A DNA stretch of 64,000 nt. Source: Schmidtea nova. Taxonomy: Eukaryota. Below the pieces are notes generated by a model, which saw only the letters and a list, made by a program, of their open reading frames with translations, was not told where the DNA came from and ran no database searches. The position numbers and the translations under genes were made by a program. Positions 1-14,011 of this stretch are shown here, one piece after another. The DNA lies in assembly GCA_044892505.1 (NCBI GenBank), contig CM097882.1:300328001-300392000 (forward strand), written 5' to 3'. How positions within the stretch are numbered: position 1 is the first letter of the stretch; every line of letters starts with the position of its first letter.

Positions 1-984
1 GTGGCAATCTATATATAAGAAGAACACATTTGTGTTATAAGTTTATTTCACAAAAAGATAAATAATGGTTCCACTTGTCGAAGAGTTTCTAAAATAATTA
101 AATCACGGGTAATGCAAACATACATACAACATGCATATAGTTAAATAATAATTTGATATTTAGGCTAGAATAATATTAGACATTTAACTACGATTATTAA
201 GAATACTACACACTAATGTCATATACTTGAAATTGTAATATCTCTAAATGTCTTCACATTGGCTCAGAGCATTTTTATTGCTCTTTGAAATTTCAAAGGT
301 TTATCAGTATATTTGTTCAAAAAATACGTTTGCAGTTAATTTTTCACAGATTATATTTGCAGTTAATATTTAGTAGTAAAAATTACATTTTAATTTTAAA
401 TTATAATTAAAACAATTATTTCAAATAAATTTTAAATTTTTAGCTTTATTTTGAATTTAAATAATATTTATTTTTTTAATTAAAAAATATGTAAATAGAG
501 AAATACAAGTATTATTTATTAAGGATCACTAATGTATATTTTTCGAAAAACACTAAGTATAATTGTATTTACAAAGACAAAAATTTATTAAAATTTTCAT
601 ATCAGATTTCGTAAATATTTAATTAAAACTTACGATTTAGTTTGTCACCAGAAATGCAAACACGATTTTCTCGGTGTACTATTTAAAAAAAATTAACAAG
701 ATTTTAATTAAAATTAAAAAATTTTATTTTTTCAAAATATTTAGTGAATTATGTGCTGCGTTTGAAGGATAAAAACCAATCAAGATTAATAAATGACAAT
801 TTTGAAAGAAACCGAGAAAGTTGGGAAATTGATGAATGTGATTTTTAACTGATCTGGATGCGGATATTGTCAAGAAAAAAATGGGTCGTATCAGGGAATG
901 TAAAACTTTGAGCATTTGGGTTCAAGTTCAGTTTGACTATAATATTATTTGTAATAATCATATATTAATTAATTAATTAATTAT

Positions 985-2150
985 GATTATTATTAATTGA
1001 GAAACGCCAAGTATGTTCAACATAAACGATATAAATTTCGACCGAATATCAGTCTTCTTCAGGCCAGCAATAAAGATAATAAATAATAAATAGAAAAAAC
1101 GAAATAATTAAACAAATTTATCAATCATAATAGTTTTCAAATTTTTTTATCAAAATTGAAAATAAAACATTTTATTTTTAAAAACACAAAATTTAAAAAA
1201 TGAAAAATATTCTGCAAAACAAATATAATTATATGAAAAACACAATTCACAACATTTTATTAAATCGAACTGTATACAGAGTCATGTGGATGATATTTTT
1301 TGGTTTTTAAGTCTCATGACATATGAGACTTTTTTAAATTACATGATTTGTTTGAGAAATATGGTGAGAGGATTAATGTGTCAGCGTTGGTTAATTCAGC
1401 AAAACGTATCGAGGCTTTGATTGGGTTGTTACTTAAAAATGGTCACACTAAATTTTTTCTTGAGAATATGACAAAATGACTGTGAGGCTAAGTTGATGTT
1501 GAATTTTAATGATATTCGTATGAGTGTGTCTCAGTCCTAGATGCATATTTATCCTGATGAAATTGCTTTGTTTGTTTCGGAAAGTGACAAAATTTATCTA
1601 AAATATGTCGCTCTGAGCCGAAATATTTGTTGGTATTGCTTTATTCCGAAGGCTTCAAAGAATTTAAGCCAAAGATTCTCAAACATGTAGACAAGAATCA
1701 ATTTAGGATTGTTTCTACGTCTTGCAAAGTGAGCAGTATGTTCATTTAAAAATGCCCAATGTTATTTTGTTTGTGTTCTGAACTCGGGTTTCAATTTTCA
1801 AGTATTGGATGTAATTCCACATACATAGGAGAGGCTCGTCATTTCTGCACACTAGTTCTTGAGCATTGCCGACTTAACGGAATGACTAATATTAGTGATA
1901 ATTTTAGGAAATGTGTCAGTAAAAAATTGGTATCTCTGATTTTAAGATTATTGTTAAATGTTTTAAAATTTTACTGTTTTTTAAAAAAAAAATTTGAAAA
2001 TTATAATTATTGATTACTTTGCTGTAAAATTTCATTTTTTCTATTTATTATTTATTATCTTGATTTCTTGCCTGAAAAAGACTAATATTCGAACGAAATG
2101 TATAGCGTTTATGTTGAATATGTTTAGTTGGTGTTTCTCAATAATTAAAT
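985..2150 (+). mobile_element. Decayed Penelope-like element, family A: 3' part (RT linker + GIY-YIG) with an inverted copy of its 3' end on the left
   Basis: ORF 1759-2013 reads GCNSTYIGEARHFCTLVLEHC...NISDNFRKC (GIY-YIG core with H/C residues). 985-1260 is an inverted, diverged copy of ~1960-2150. Homologous to 12832-13420 and 17941-18477. Confidence 0.75.
1024..1067 (-). ncRNA. Minimal type-I hammerhead ribozyme-like motif, PLE family A
   Basis: Minus strand: GGC CUGAAGA A GACUG AUAUU CGGUC GAAA UUUAUA UC GUUU. The core boxes and a 5-bp stem II are present; stems I and III are weak. Degenerate copies lie near 2070-2110, 12870-12915 and 18425-18465. Confidence 0.55.
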
Positions 2151-2172
2151 CATTGCCGTACTTTTTTGATTA

Positions 2173-2173
<1 letters not shown>

Positions 2174-2250
<77 letters not shown>
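2174..2250. repeat. (TAT)n microsatellite
   Basis: Direct reading; it abuts the 3' end of the PLE relic. Confidence 0.98.
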
Positions 2251-2883
2251 GTAAAAATCATCGTATTCAGCAGTTAAGTAGTCACTCAATTTATTTTCAC
2301 AAAATACAAATAAACAAACACTATTGTAAATTCAATTCTCTAATATCAAAATTCAATTTTTTTGTTAAAAATATTTTTATCCATTGAATTATAATCGAAT
2401 ATATTAGAAATTTTAAAGCCATCAACTTTTTTGGCACTTCTGTAGTGCCCAGTATAATTAAAATATAATGAATATACTTAATTTTAAATAAATATGAAGT
2501 AATAAATACTAAAAAATAATTAAAAATTTTAATTTATTATTTTTAAATTAATATAATTGAAATAATTTAATTGTGGCCAAGTTCAATGTATCCTTCTTAT
2601 GTTAATGAAGACACTAAAACTAATATAGAATAAAATTTAGTATTTTGTTTTTCATTAACAACATCAACATAACTAATCACAAAATTCATTCTACAGACTA
2701 TTCTACCAGACTATGTTGGAATATCGATATCATCTGATTTTTATAAAGATCTTATTTTAACAACCATCCACTTTATCAGCAAATCTATCAAATCCTAATA
2801 ACAATTTATAATAAAGTATTATTATTAAAATTATAATTATTAATATTATAATTAATAACATAATAATTATAAATGATAGTTAT

Positions 2884-3737
2884 TTTTGGGTTTATTTTTA
2901 ATTCGGTAAAAATTTCTGACTCCTCGTTCTTTTTTATAAAATCAACATAAGTAACTCAAGACAATAACTTTTATTTAGTTTCACCACAAATTTTCAATTA
3001 AAAATAACAATTTTTAACAAATCTGCACTACTCAGCGATAGGAGTATGTCTTCCAACGTTAGATTCCTCTTTCTGGTACGCGATAATTGAGTAAAGATTT
3101 GTAGCGATCTACTACTAACCTTTTGAATAACTCTAAAAAATTGTCTTCAACCAACTAGTAAAGTTGCTTCTTCATACACTTTTCCCCTAATTGAATATTT
3201 TCAATTATCGACTAATCTCTCAGGTTCGCTGGATTCCCTGCAACAAATTAATTTAGTAAAATTTAGGGTACCCCTTCATCTCATGTTCTTAACTTATTTG
3301 CTTGGGGTGATAAAATTATTTTGTTTCTTTTTTTGTTTTTTTATTCCCGTGTTTCCCGATAATTAATTTGTTCGAGGTAATTAATTTATCTGCTACTCAC
3401 CCGGGCTTTCTTTACATCATCCAATTTCTCTGGTAATTAGATGATTTTCTTAATGACTCGGGTTTTACATTAGCTCGGTTTTCCTATTAGCTCGAGTTTT
3501 TCATTAGATAATTAATTTGTTTTTTCTTAATACTTCTTTCTGGTAACATCTTTTTGATTTTATATTATCATATTTGAATTCATTTCATTCTTGTGCTAAA
3601 TCGTTTTTATTTATTTTTCAAATTTTTAATTAATTTTTGTACTTATTATTATTTTTTTTAATTTTCATGTTTTATTGATTTGCACATAGTTTTGTGCTTT
3701 TTATTTTATTTTGTGCCTGTTCAGACTAACCTTAACA
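2884..3737. mobile_element. Degenerate solo-LTR-like repeat (family LTR2)
   Basis: Shares blocks (tctgcact...gcgatagg, ttctggtacgc, cacatag..ttgtgcttt) with 24416-24870 and 58339-59276. It ends AACCTTAACA. Confidence 0.5.
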
Positions 3738-4561
3738 TTATTAAAATCGTAATTATTAAAATTATATTTGTTAAAATTATAATTATTATGCTTGTTTTTT
3801 AAAGAACTGTTTGTTTTAATAATTACAAAGAAATTTTATCATTTGATAATTTAAATCTTGTCATTCAATATCAAAAATATTGAAAAAAATGTTTTAATTT
3901 AAGCAGCATTCGATTTGCTTTGTAAACAAAATAATGGTTAATGAAATCTTTCCAAATTTTATATATAAAGTAAATAAAAATATAAAATATTTTTATTGTT
4001 TGTCGTTAGCAAAGATTGATTTATTTATACCAGTTTATTTATAACTTTTTTCTGTGTTTTTCCTTCTCTCAAAGATTTCAGGGAAAGGAAAAAATGCAGA
4101 AAGAATTGATAGCTCAATTGGAAAGAATTTTGTAATAGAATGATCAGGATCTTTTTAAGATCGAAATATTTAATCAAAATAAACATTGCAGATTAAGGCT
4201 AACCATTTTTAACTTTATTATTATTATGATTATAATGAAAATAATAATAATGAAAAGTTGAATTTACCGATTAATCTGAGTAGGAGCATGAAAAACAAAT
4301 CTGCAAACAAGAAAACATTTTTAGAATAGTTTAATACTACTACAAATAATTTTATAATTTTAGATTTAATATTATTAATTGCATTTAAGGACTGTAATTT
4401 TATCGGTTTCATTCTTTATTTAAAAGTTACATTAAGCTAATATTTTTTCTTTTAAATTCCCAAACTTAAACGACAATTTTTTCAAGATCATTGATTCGCA
4501 AATTGTGAGACGAGATAACTTTTAAAGTGAACCGCAGGAAAAAATAATTAAACAATTAGCG

Positions 4562-5209
4562 CAGGGATGGCAAGCTTAAATGTTCTTGCGAGCCACTTCG
4601 GAAATGCATCATGACTCTGTGGGCCAAATATAAAGTTATATATATCCCAATATTATATTTAAATACACTATAAACATTTTTTGGAGTGAAAGATTGAAAC
4701 ATAATGAGTTATTATTTTTGTGTTGACTATTATTCTTAGATGATAACATGGTAATATAATAGTAACTAGCGATACCCCGTCAAAAATGACTAACGTTTTA
4801 AAATTTTATATAAACCAAAAATGAAATTCAAAAGTTCTCAACAATATTTTGTGTGAATGCTATTGAGTCATCAAAACAATCATAGTCAAACGCACGTGTA
4901 AGAATTAACAAGTTTTCCGATTGAAAAATCGGCCAATCAGAGCCCTTTAAAAGCGTTACATCCGGACAGATAGACATTGTTACATAGCAAATTATATTAT
5001 GTAATGATACTAATTTCATCCACTATTCTTCTTTTCTTTTCAGTAATACTTCATATTACCGACAGTACAATGAAAAATGTTTGTTTATTGATATAATTAG
5101 AATGTTTAAATTACCCCGGTCATTATAAAATAAATATATTTTGTAAAAGTTTGATGAATCTCGTGGGCCAGAAAAATGTTCAAGGCGGGCCGCGGGTTGG
5201 CTACCCCTG
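4562..5209. mobile_element. hAT (Charlie-like) MITE
   Basis: Imperfect TIRs CAGGGATGGCAAGC / CAGGGGTAGCCAACC, GAGCCA/GGGCCA subterminal motifs, and 8-bp TSD aattagcg/aattaatg (6/8). Confidence 0.7.
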
Positions 5210-6479
5210 AATTAATGTATTATAATTAATTGTGTTAATTTAAGACATTGTTTGCAACAATTTGACATACATTTCATTGGATAAATTTTATAAAAATTTT
5301 AAATAAACAAAATGTTCAAATATACCTAATTACCATAGGATGGTTGTTGACCTACTTAATCTTTCATAGAGTGGAAATGTAATATAGCCTATGACTTATT
5401 TAATTTATAAAAGATTTTATTTGTCTTACATATATTTTGACCTTGCTGCCCTTACGATTACCTTTAGGTTTACCTAAATTTGATCTTTGTCTATTTTTTT
5501 TAATCTTAAATTGACCTTAATCAAAATGTTTGACCTTTAAATTACCTTAATCTAGTTTACTTTTTATGATTACATTAGCAATTACGTGCTTTTCATGGAC
5601 GCCAGTTACCTTTTTTGGGAGTCTAAATTGTGGTTTATAAAATAAATTTTATCCTTTTCTCTTCATTGTATGAAGTGTATGTTCTAAAGGTTAGACCTTT
5701 TAACTTTTCTTCTATTGATTTTTTTAATACTGTATACTTAAATTTTTTTTCGATGACATCATCGTCAATTTCTCGCTTCAGTTTAACAGATTTGTTCCTG
5801 CCTTGGGATAGATATTCAGACACAAAACCACAGTCAATTCCATTTATAAGATTGATGAATTCATTAGCTTAACTTATTTGATTGCCCTCAGTCTCATTGG
5901 CTCTCGTAAATGATTTGACGAGTAGAGTTTCAACGTTTCCATTTGGATCATTATCATTAAAAAATGATCGTTCTGATTGACAAATTGCTTCATATGGGAT
6001 AACTGGCAATAATGCACGGTTGATTATTGTTTATTATTTGGGAATTTTTGTTTTCAGCAGATAATTTATTATTTGCCATTGTCAATGATGCCAATCTAGT
6101 CGATTGAGTATCTAAAGCTTTTCGTAAATTATTTATCTCATTTTTTCATAATGTTTTAAGATTATCTAATTGAATTCATGGAATTTCTGATATTTTTTCC
6201 CAAGTTTTGCATGTATTTGCTTGATTTTGTTCAACTATTGTGGTTTCGGTAGGACTAGACTTTATTCTGACTCATTGTGTTCTTTGAAAATCAATGAAAC
6301 AGAATAAATAAAATATTTGTTGATAAAGAACAAATTAACGTCAAAACACTTTCAATTTTTCTTTGGGTAAACGATCCGAAGGATGTCACCGCTGAAATCT
6401 GACTGAGACTATATTTCTTTTTACTGACAATATTTTCTAATGTTTCAAAATTCTTTTTATTTTGATTATTCAAATTCTT

Positions 6480-6860
6480 TTTTTCTCCTCAGACCAACTG
6501 GCAATTTATTTTGGATGAATTGGTTAATATACACTCTCAATCCCACCAATCATTTAGTGTAAGTCTAAAATCCGGCCCATCATATTAATTTGGTTAATCT
6601 AAATTTTTTTTCCACAGTGGCACTTTGACAAAAGATTTTCCGAGCTGTCAGGTCTGCCACTTTGCCTCTTTCTCTCCCATTGACCCCCAATTGATTAAAT
6701 TTTTTTATTCGTTTTCAACTTTCAATTTGTCATCAATTGCCACTTTTCCCTTTGAAAAATATTGATTTTTGCACTTTAAGAAATTTTAATTAATTTTTAA
6801 TTAATTCTGCATATTTTCTATTTTTTTAAAATTTTTTGCGTTTATGTATAACCCCAAAAA
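6480..6860. mobile_element. Partial LTR2-like repeat (right half)
   Basis: caactggcaat, ttgcacttta and aacccca blocks shared with the 58339-59276 copy. Confidence 0.35.
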
Positions 6861-9668
6861 TTTTCTTGATTTTAAACATATTCAATATAGACTGCAAAAT
6901 GATTATTCAGATTAATCATTCATTTCACATTGGCTTGAAGTTTCAAAAGAAATTTCTTGATATCGGTAATGAATTTTTTTCAGTAATGAATTAAAAAAAA
7001 AGAATAGCAAAATAAAAATGTATTATAACAATATTTTATCCTTAATCATTTTAATCTTATCAGTAAATTTTAAAAGTTTCTTGGGCTAAAATAAATGAAA
7101 CTGGACAAAACAATTTGAGTATATAAAATAATGGAAGCGCCAAAACTCATCCCAACTTGATATTTAACGTGATTCATATTTTGAAGCAGGGTGCGAAATA
7201 TAATTTCAGATATTTACAAGTGCACTTGAAAATGGAAGTGCTAAAAATTGTGTTAAATTAAAAAAGGTAAAAAACTTTGATCTATTGTTGAAAAAAATTT
7301 TTAAAAAAAGTTCTAAGAAATTTGATAAAGTTTTTTGAACGTTGATACAATAGAAAATATATTTCATTTTCATTATCTACTTTTTCTAATCAGTAAACAA
7401 AATATAATTGTTTCAAGTGATTATTTGTCTATTGTAATTGTTTTAATGGTACAAATATCATAAAATATACAAAGTTATTATTTCTAAAAAATGACAAATG
7501 TATTAAGGTTCAACATTAATGAGATCATTGTTTTGTTCTGATCGGTTAATGTCCTGATTGACTGAGAATTATCATTAAGTGTATGCTAGTTTTCTCAATT
7601 AATTTATTTTTATTATTTTATTAACAATGCACAATATTTATCAATTATAGAATAAATAGCATTTACTTACAAATTAAGCAAAATATCCATTTTATTGGGA
7701 GACCTAATAAATATAAATAATAATTATGTTTTATTCTGCAAAATGTTTCAGTGCAGTGCTAGCACATTCGCTGCTGCTAAGAATTTTAATAAATTTTCAA
7801 TAGATTTTCAACTGTTTTTATCTTGTTGTAAAGTAATGTTAGTTTTCTACTACAGAAAATGTGTCTTGCTGCAAAGCTTTTGCAAAATATTGTTTATTAT
7901 TAAACTTTTTTTTTAAATTTATTTTTTACACCAATTTCGTGATAGAAATTAATGTAGACAACACGTACTATTTTTCAGGTTCTAAGAACAAATTATTTTC
8001 CTATGAAAGAAAATTTGTGTGAGTAATTATAAAATAAGAAACAAAAAGGAATCTCAGAATACCGAAAGAAAATAAAACAAGTCCCTTCCTAAAATATTAA
8101 TAAAACCTGAAACACTAATTGTGGGATCGTGTTTAGAATATTCTGAGAAACGGGTAACCATTTTTTCTTAGAGATCTACAAAATGTTAAGTGAAGTAGAA
8201 TGAAACATTGTGCGGTGCAAAAGGTCAATTGACACCACTAAGTAAGACCAAGATTACGCAAAGTAGAGTCATTAGTAATAAATACGGTAAATTAATTTAC
8301 CTTTTATAGAAACTAGATGATGTTCGGTCCTAAAATGGGATTCGTATTCCAGATTATATTTTATAAAATTATATACGGTAATAATTTAAACCATTATTTA
8401 AACAAATATATTTTTGATATATTACACATAAAAATTACTTGGTAAAATTGAATAAAACATGCACCATTTAACCTTGTTGCGACGGTTTTTGTTTCTAGTA
8501 GATTCAAGTGGTACATGTGTGTGCCAGGAGAAAACTTAATTTTCAGATTACACGGAAATAAAAATGTCATGTTGATGAAAAACAAAAGCAATCACTGACA
8601 GGCTCAGATCTGACAATATTTGTGCTAATAATACACTGGAAACTTAATGAGTAGCAAAGATTATATTTATTTAAAAGTAACTGACATTATCGTATATTAA
8701 CAGATATTTCCAACTAGTAAGACCTTCGAAAAAGAATATCCAAAGAACCGTTGTCAAATAATGCATATGAATTGGTTAGTTATCCAGAAGACCTTACTTA
8801 TGAGTTTGATTTGGTCTGTGAATGCATTTTTTTATAATATTAAGATGTTTATTATAATTTTAAAATTTTATAAAAATATATATTTTTTAAAAACATATGT
8901 AATGATTTACTAATCATAAAATTATTTTAATTTAAATTAAATAAAAAATTATATTATATTATGCGTAAATAGCACCGAAAGAAACAACTTGTTTCAATAA
9001 TGCAATTTGGTTAAATATTAAAATTATCATTCACGCTTTATTTTAATGTTTTTATTGTTACTTTTAATTTTATTTCCGCATGAAGTTTGGCTCCATATTC
9101 ATCTTTCAATTGTTAAGGTTATATCAAAATGCTTATACGACATTTCAGCCAGCCGCAGGACAACAAAATCAACAACCTTAACTTGAGCAACCTTAACAAC
9201 CTTAACCAATTCCAATATTTATTCGACGCCTATAAAAATGAGTTATATGGAATCAATGAAGTAACTTGTCCAAACAAAATGAATTTTTTCACCTGCTTGT
9301 CACAGTAATTGACATTGTAGATTTGTTGATTCTAACGAAAACAGGTCAGTAAAGAATTCAACATCCCAATTGGAGCTGATGTAAATTTAAACTTTGTAGA
9401 AAGTTAATAAATCTAGCCGGAAAGACATTCCAAGAACAAACAAAAACTAAAATTAGATTAACAGTTTTGGTATTTTTATTGAATAGTCCAAATAATTTGA
9501 CTTTCCATATACTTTTAATTATTTTTGGTCAATATTTGGAAATATCTGTTCATATTCAATAAGTAGAGTCAAATCTTTTGCATGTTTGTGTTTGTTTTGT
9601 TATATAAAGAGTGTGATATATTACTTCTTGTCTCATTTTCAGTTATTATAGAATAGTAATTTCACTGG

Positions 9669-9669
<1 letters not shown>

Positions 9670-9712
<43 letters not shown>

Positions 9713-9889
9713 TTTTATATAAAATTTTTTGTTATATTAAATTTTTTATATTATTAATTTTTTATATATTATTATCAATAATTCTCATAATGATGACTAT
9801 AGATCAAAAAAAAAAATTTTTTTTTAACAATATTGGTATTGTTTGTAATAATAAAAAAAGATCAAAGGTGAAAAACGATAATTATGATA

Positions 9890-9957
<68 letters not shown>

Positions 9958-10537
9958 CTAGATTTATTTTTGAGGGGCCAAAAGCTAAAAATCTTATGGG
10001 GATCTTTTATAATTTTTTTAAACAAAAAGATTAATTTGTTTCCTGCTGTTATATAGTTAAAATAATAATTTAATTTCAAAAATTATATTACATTTATTCA
10101 TATATAAAATATATAAACTTGAAGTACAATTCAAAAATAAAAAAACATTAATTTAGAAACATTTTCTTCTAGATTTTTTCTCTGTAAAATCTTTAACAAT
10201 GGAATAAAAATCCATTTCGCGGAGAAGTTCAGATTCTATAGCCATTAATGATTAGGTTTTAGGCATTAGGTCGGTCTTGTCCATTGTAGCTTCTTATATG
10301 ATAATGTTCAACATGAGATAATGTTGAAAATGATTTCGTGAAACTTTTACTTTAGAAAAGTATTACATTAAATATAATATGTAATATAATTAAATACTTC
10401 TTTACTTATATTACATAAATATAATAATCTGCAAATAATTAAAAGATGTAATAAGTTTTTATAATAATAATACAAAATTTGGGCCCCCTCCAGTCGGGTC
10501 CCTAGGCTTTAGCCTCGTCAGCCTAAGGGTAAATCCA

Positions 10538-10587
<50 letters not shown>
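9670..10587. repeat. Three (TA)n tracts (9670-9706, 9891-9952, 10541-10587)
   Basis: Direct reading. Confidence 0.97.
9953..10540. mobile_element. Degenerate hAT-like MITE inserted in (TA)n
   Basis: Ends CAGAACTAGATTTA / TAAATCCAGGC, GGGGCC and GGGCCCC subterminal motifs, flanked by TA tracts. Confidence 0.45.
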
Positions 10588-10590
<3 letters not shown>

Positions 10591-11375
10591 CCCAGGGACG
10601 AGGGGTGGCAATTATGGCATTCGCAAAAGGCGCAAACGGCTAAGAGGCGCATTTTTTTGAAAAGAATTTCAAATTTTATTATAAAATATGTGAATTTTGT
10701 TCAAAAAAAAATTTTAAAATTCCGTATGTTTAAAATTTGTAAAAACCAATCGGTTTCCCACATTACATAAATTCATCTAGGTTTTTTAAATTATATTGTT
10801 GAATTTTGTTTATATAATAATTGACAAAAGTAAGAAAAATAAATATACTTTAAAGTTTATTTTATTTTTAGTACACTTAAGTTTATGAAGGTTATTCTAA
10901 AGACCTTCAAAATGCAGTAACAAATTTGGCGTTAAAATACAGAAATGATTTAAATGTTGAAGAATTTTACTCTGAAATTTTTAGTTATAGATATCTCACA
11001 GCAGAATATTTTAAACAAAATTTTCCAACTCCACTGCAGCTTCTTCAATTTATTTACTATTTGGATACGAAAGAATCATATCCAAATGTTGAAATAATAT
11101 TACGAATATTTCTAACATTACCGATGACATCTGCTTCTTGTGAGAGAGCATTCAGCAAAATAAAATTAATCAAAAATTATTTAAGATAGGCTATAGGCCA
11201 AGAAAGATTAACTAATTTAAGTATTTTATCAATAAAATTTGATGTAACTAATAGTCTAAGTTTTGGCGATGTAATTGATAAATTTTCTAGCCTGAAAGCA
11301 AGAAAAATAAAATTTTAATAGTGCTTCTATATTTGTCATTTTTTTGTTCGTATTTTTTTTCAATTTGCCATGGGC
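10588..11375 (+). mobile_element. Internally deleted hAT element with C-terminal dimerization-domain remnant (10926-11318)
   Basis: YPNVEIILRIFLTLPMTSASCERAFSKIKLIKNYLR*AIGQERL = hAT dimerization motif with an in-frame stop. GC-rich hAT-type left end. The right end is lost in an N-gap. Confidence 0.8.
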
Positions 11376-14011
11376 NNNNNNNNNNNNNNNNNNNNNNNNN
11401 NNNNNNNNNNNNNNNNNNNNNNNNNNNNNNNNNNNNNNNNNNNNNNNNNNNNNNNNNNNNNNNNNNNNNNNNNNNNNNNNNNNNNNNNNNNNNNNNNNNN
11501 NNNNNNNNNNNNNNNNNNNNNNNNNNNNNNNNNNTGCAAATAGTATTTCTTTTTCATCAATGTAAGGATAATCAAGGGATTTTCTGTTTCCTTTCTCAAT
11601 ATAAGTTAAAACTGATATTTTTCTCATTTTATGCTATTAAATTCCTAAACAACATTATTTTCGGTTTTACGTCATTCGCTCAATCTTTCCGTTTATCAAA
11701 AATTAATTTAAAGAATTTTTTTATAGAAAGACTTATAAAACAAACTTACCAACTAAAACAAATATGAGATTTGATGACTTGTCTACATAACCAGTTAATA
11801 ATTATATTTATATTAGTTCATTGCTCACCTGTTTTATTATTGTTCATTGGAGGAGTTTTTTTGAACTATTGTAAATATGATTAAATTATAAATATTTTTG
11901 TATATTTTATCAAATTGTTTAAATAAATTTAATAAATCGAATAAAAATAAGAAATATTAATTTAAAAAACGATAATTCTAAAAATAATAATTGTTATTCC
12001 AATATAAAATATAAATGGGATTTAAGTTTCGATTCCACCAATCAGATTCTAGATAGATATTAGAGGTAAACAAAAGCGGATTTGAGGTTTATTATTATCC
12101 TTTTTCAATATTTAATTAACTAAAACTATTTTTACATTGTTAAATCATAGAAGATCTTGATGTTATATAATTAATATAAGATATTTATTATAAATTATTT
12201 TTATTTTTATTTCAGAAAATATTTTATTATTTCAGAATAAAAAATAATAAATATTAAACATCAATATAATATAAAAGAATTCTTACTATCGGTTTGATAG
12301 GTACAAGTAAATTAATAATAAACAAAAATAAAAAAACTAACATAATCTAAGAATCAAAAAAATCGAAAATTACTTTTTTTACAAACTAGATTGAATGAAA
12401 CATAAAATGCTATTTTTGATATATGAAAATATTATACTGGTTTTCGAATTGGTTCCTAGTATTATAAAAATAAATGTTAATATATGCATTTAAACAATCC
12501 ACGACAATAAATAAGTCAGACTTTGTGATTATAAATCAAGTACTGATATTATATATGACATTTTGCTAAATTTGAAAAATAACATTNNNNNNNNNNNNNN
12601 NNNNNNNNNNNNNNNNNNNNNNNNNNNNNNNNNNNNNNNNNNNNNNNNNNNNNNNNNNNNNNNNNNNNNNNNNNNNNNNNNNNNNNNNNNNNNNNNNNNN
12701 NNNNNNNNNNNNNNNNNNNNNNNNNNNNNNNNNNNNNNNNNNNNNNNNNNNNNNNNNNNNNNNNNNNNNNNNNNNNNNNNNNNNNNNNNNNNNNNNNNNN
12801 NNNNNNNNNNNNNNNNNNNNNNNNNNNNNNNAATGATTTAATAATAGAAAAACGTTAAGTAAATTCAACAAAAACGCAATATATTTCAATTGTATAACAA
12901 TTTTCTTTGGGCAGCAATATTGATAATCAATAATAAATAGAAAATAGAAAATATCTAAACAAATTAATGAATAATAATCATCCTCAAACTTTAACAAAAT
13001 TTAATTTTTTTAAATAAAATTAAATTTTATTCTAAAAAAAAATTTTTTAATTAATTTGTAAGCCATTATAAAAATTTTTTTAAAATTCATCATACAATTT
13101 ACAATTTTTTTTAAAAATGAAAATATTCACAAACACAAACCACAAACACAATTCACAACATACAACATCAAATTAATGAAACACATTCAAAATATCCGTG
13201 GAACGGGCAACTTAATCATTAATTTTTGGATTTAAATATCTAATCAACAATGCCTCACAAGTTATTCGTCCCAATAATTACTTAAACCTTTTGAAATAAT
13301 TTTAAAATCAGAGATACCTTATTTTTACTGTCACATTTCCTAAAATGATCACTAATATTAGTCAGCCTTTTTAGTCATCCTTTTTAGTCGGCAATGCTCA
13401 AGAACTCGGTTGCAGAGATGATGTGCCATTACACCCATTACATGAAAATTAATACTCGAGCTCAGAACACAAACCAATTGGCATTGGACATTTATTAGTG
13501 AACATCCTGCTAACTTTGCAAGACGTGAAAACAATCTTAAATTGATTGTTTGAGAATATTATGTTTGAGAATCTTATGTTTGAGAATCTTATCCTTTAAT
13601 TCTCTGAAGCCCTCAGAATAGGGCAATAACATATTTCGGCTCGGTGCGATTATATCGATTTTTGTCAATTTCCGAAATTAACAAAGTACTTTCATCAGAA
13701 TCAATAGGTACCTTAGATTTAGACGCACTCATAACAAAATTATTAGAATTTAAAATTAACTTATCTATAGTCACTTTTGTCATTTTCTCAAGAAAAGATT
13801 TAGAGTAGCCAAATTTTAAGTAACAACTTAAGCAAGGCATCAATACTTTTCAACAAACTTTGAATATAATGGCCAAGCTCGAAACACCAATCTCTTCACT
13901 ATATTCATCTTATAGTTAAATTCACAAAATCTATCAGGAGTAGTATACATGCCAGTATCAGTCGACTTTCTATATATTTCAGTCTCATAATGTTTTGACT
14001 TACGTTGAATG

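Noticed and set aside
2166-2387. Poly-Tyr ORF and (IY)n ORFs at 9790-10079
   Set aside because: These are translations of microsatellites.
4075-4135. FQGKEKMQKELIAQLERIL resembling an EHD-family helix
   Set aside because: The flanking conserved EHD segments are absent in adjacent candidate exons.
5400-6473. Decayed minus-strand coiled-coil ORF beside the partial LTR
   Set aside because: Many stops and no diagnostic Gag or ORF1 motif, so it cannot be called.
8760-8822. TYEFDLVCE resembling the SLC22 transporter loop motif
   Set aside because: An upstream stop is in frame and no following transmembrane or SDRxGR motif was found. Exon-like pieces at 9110-9470 could not be tied to a family.
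9100-9230. Non-standard code (TAA/TAG = Gln), suggested by frames such as QQNQQP*LEQP*QP*
   Set aside because: The formin exons, the 334-codon USP frame and the PLE ORFs use only CAA/CAG for Gln, and another frame here is open under the standard code.
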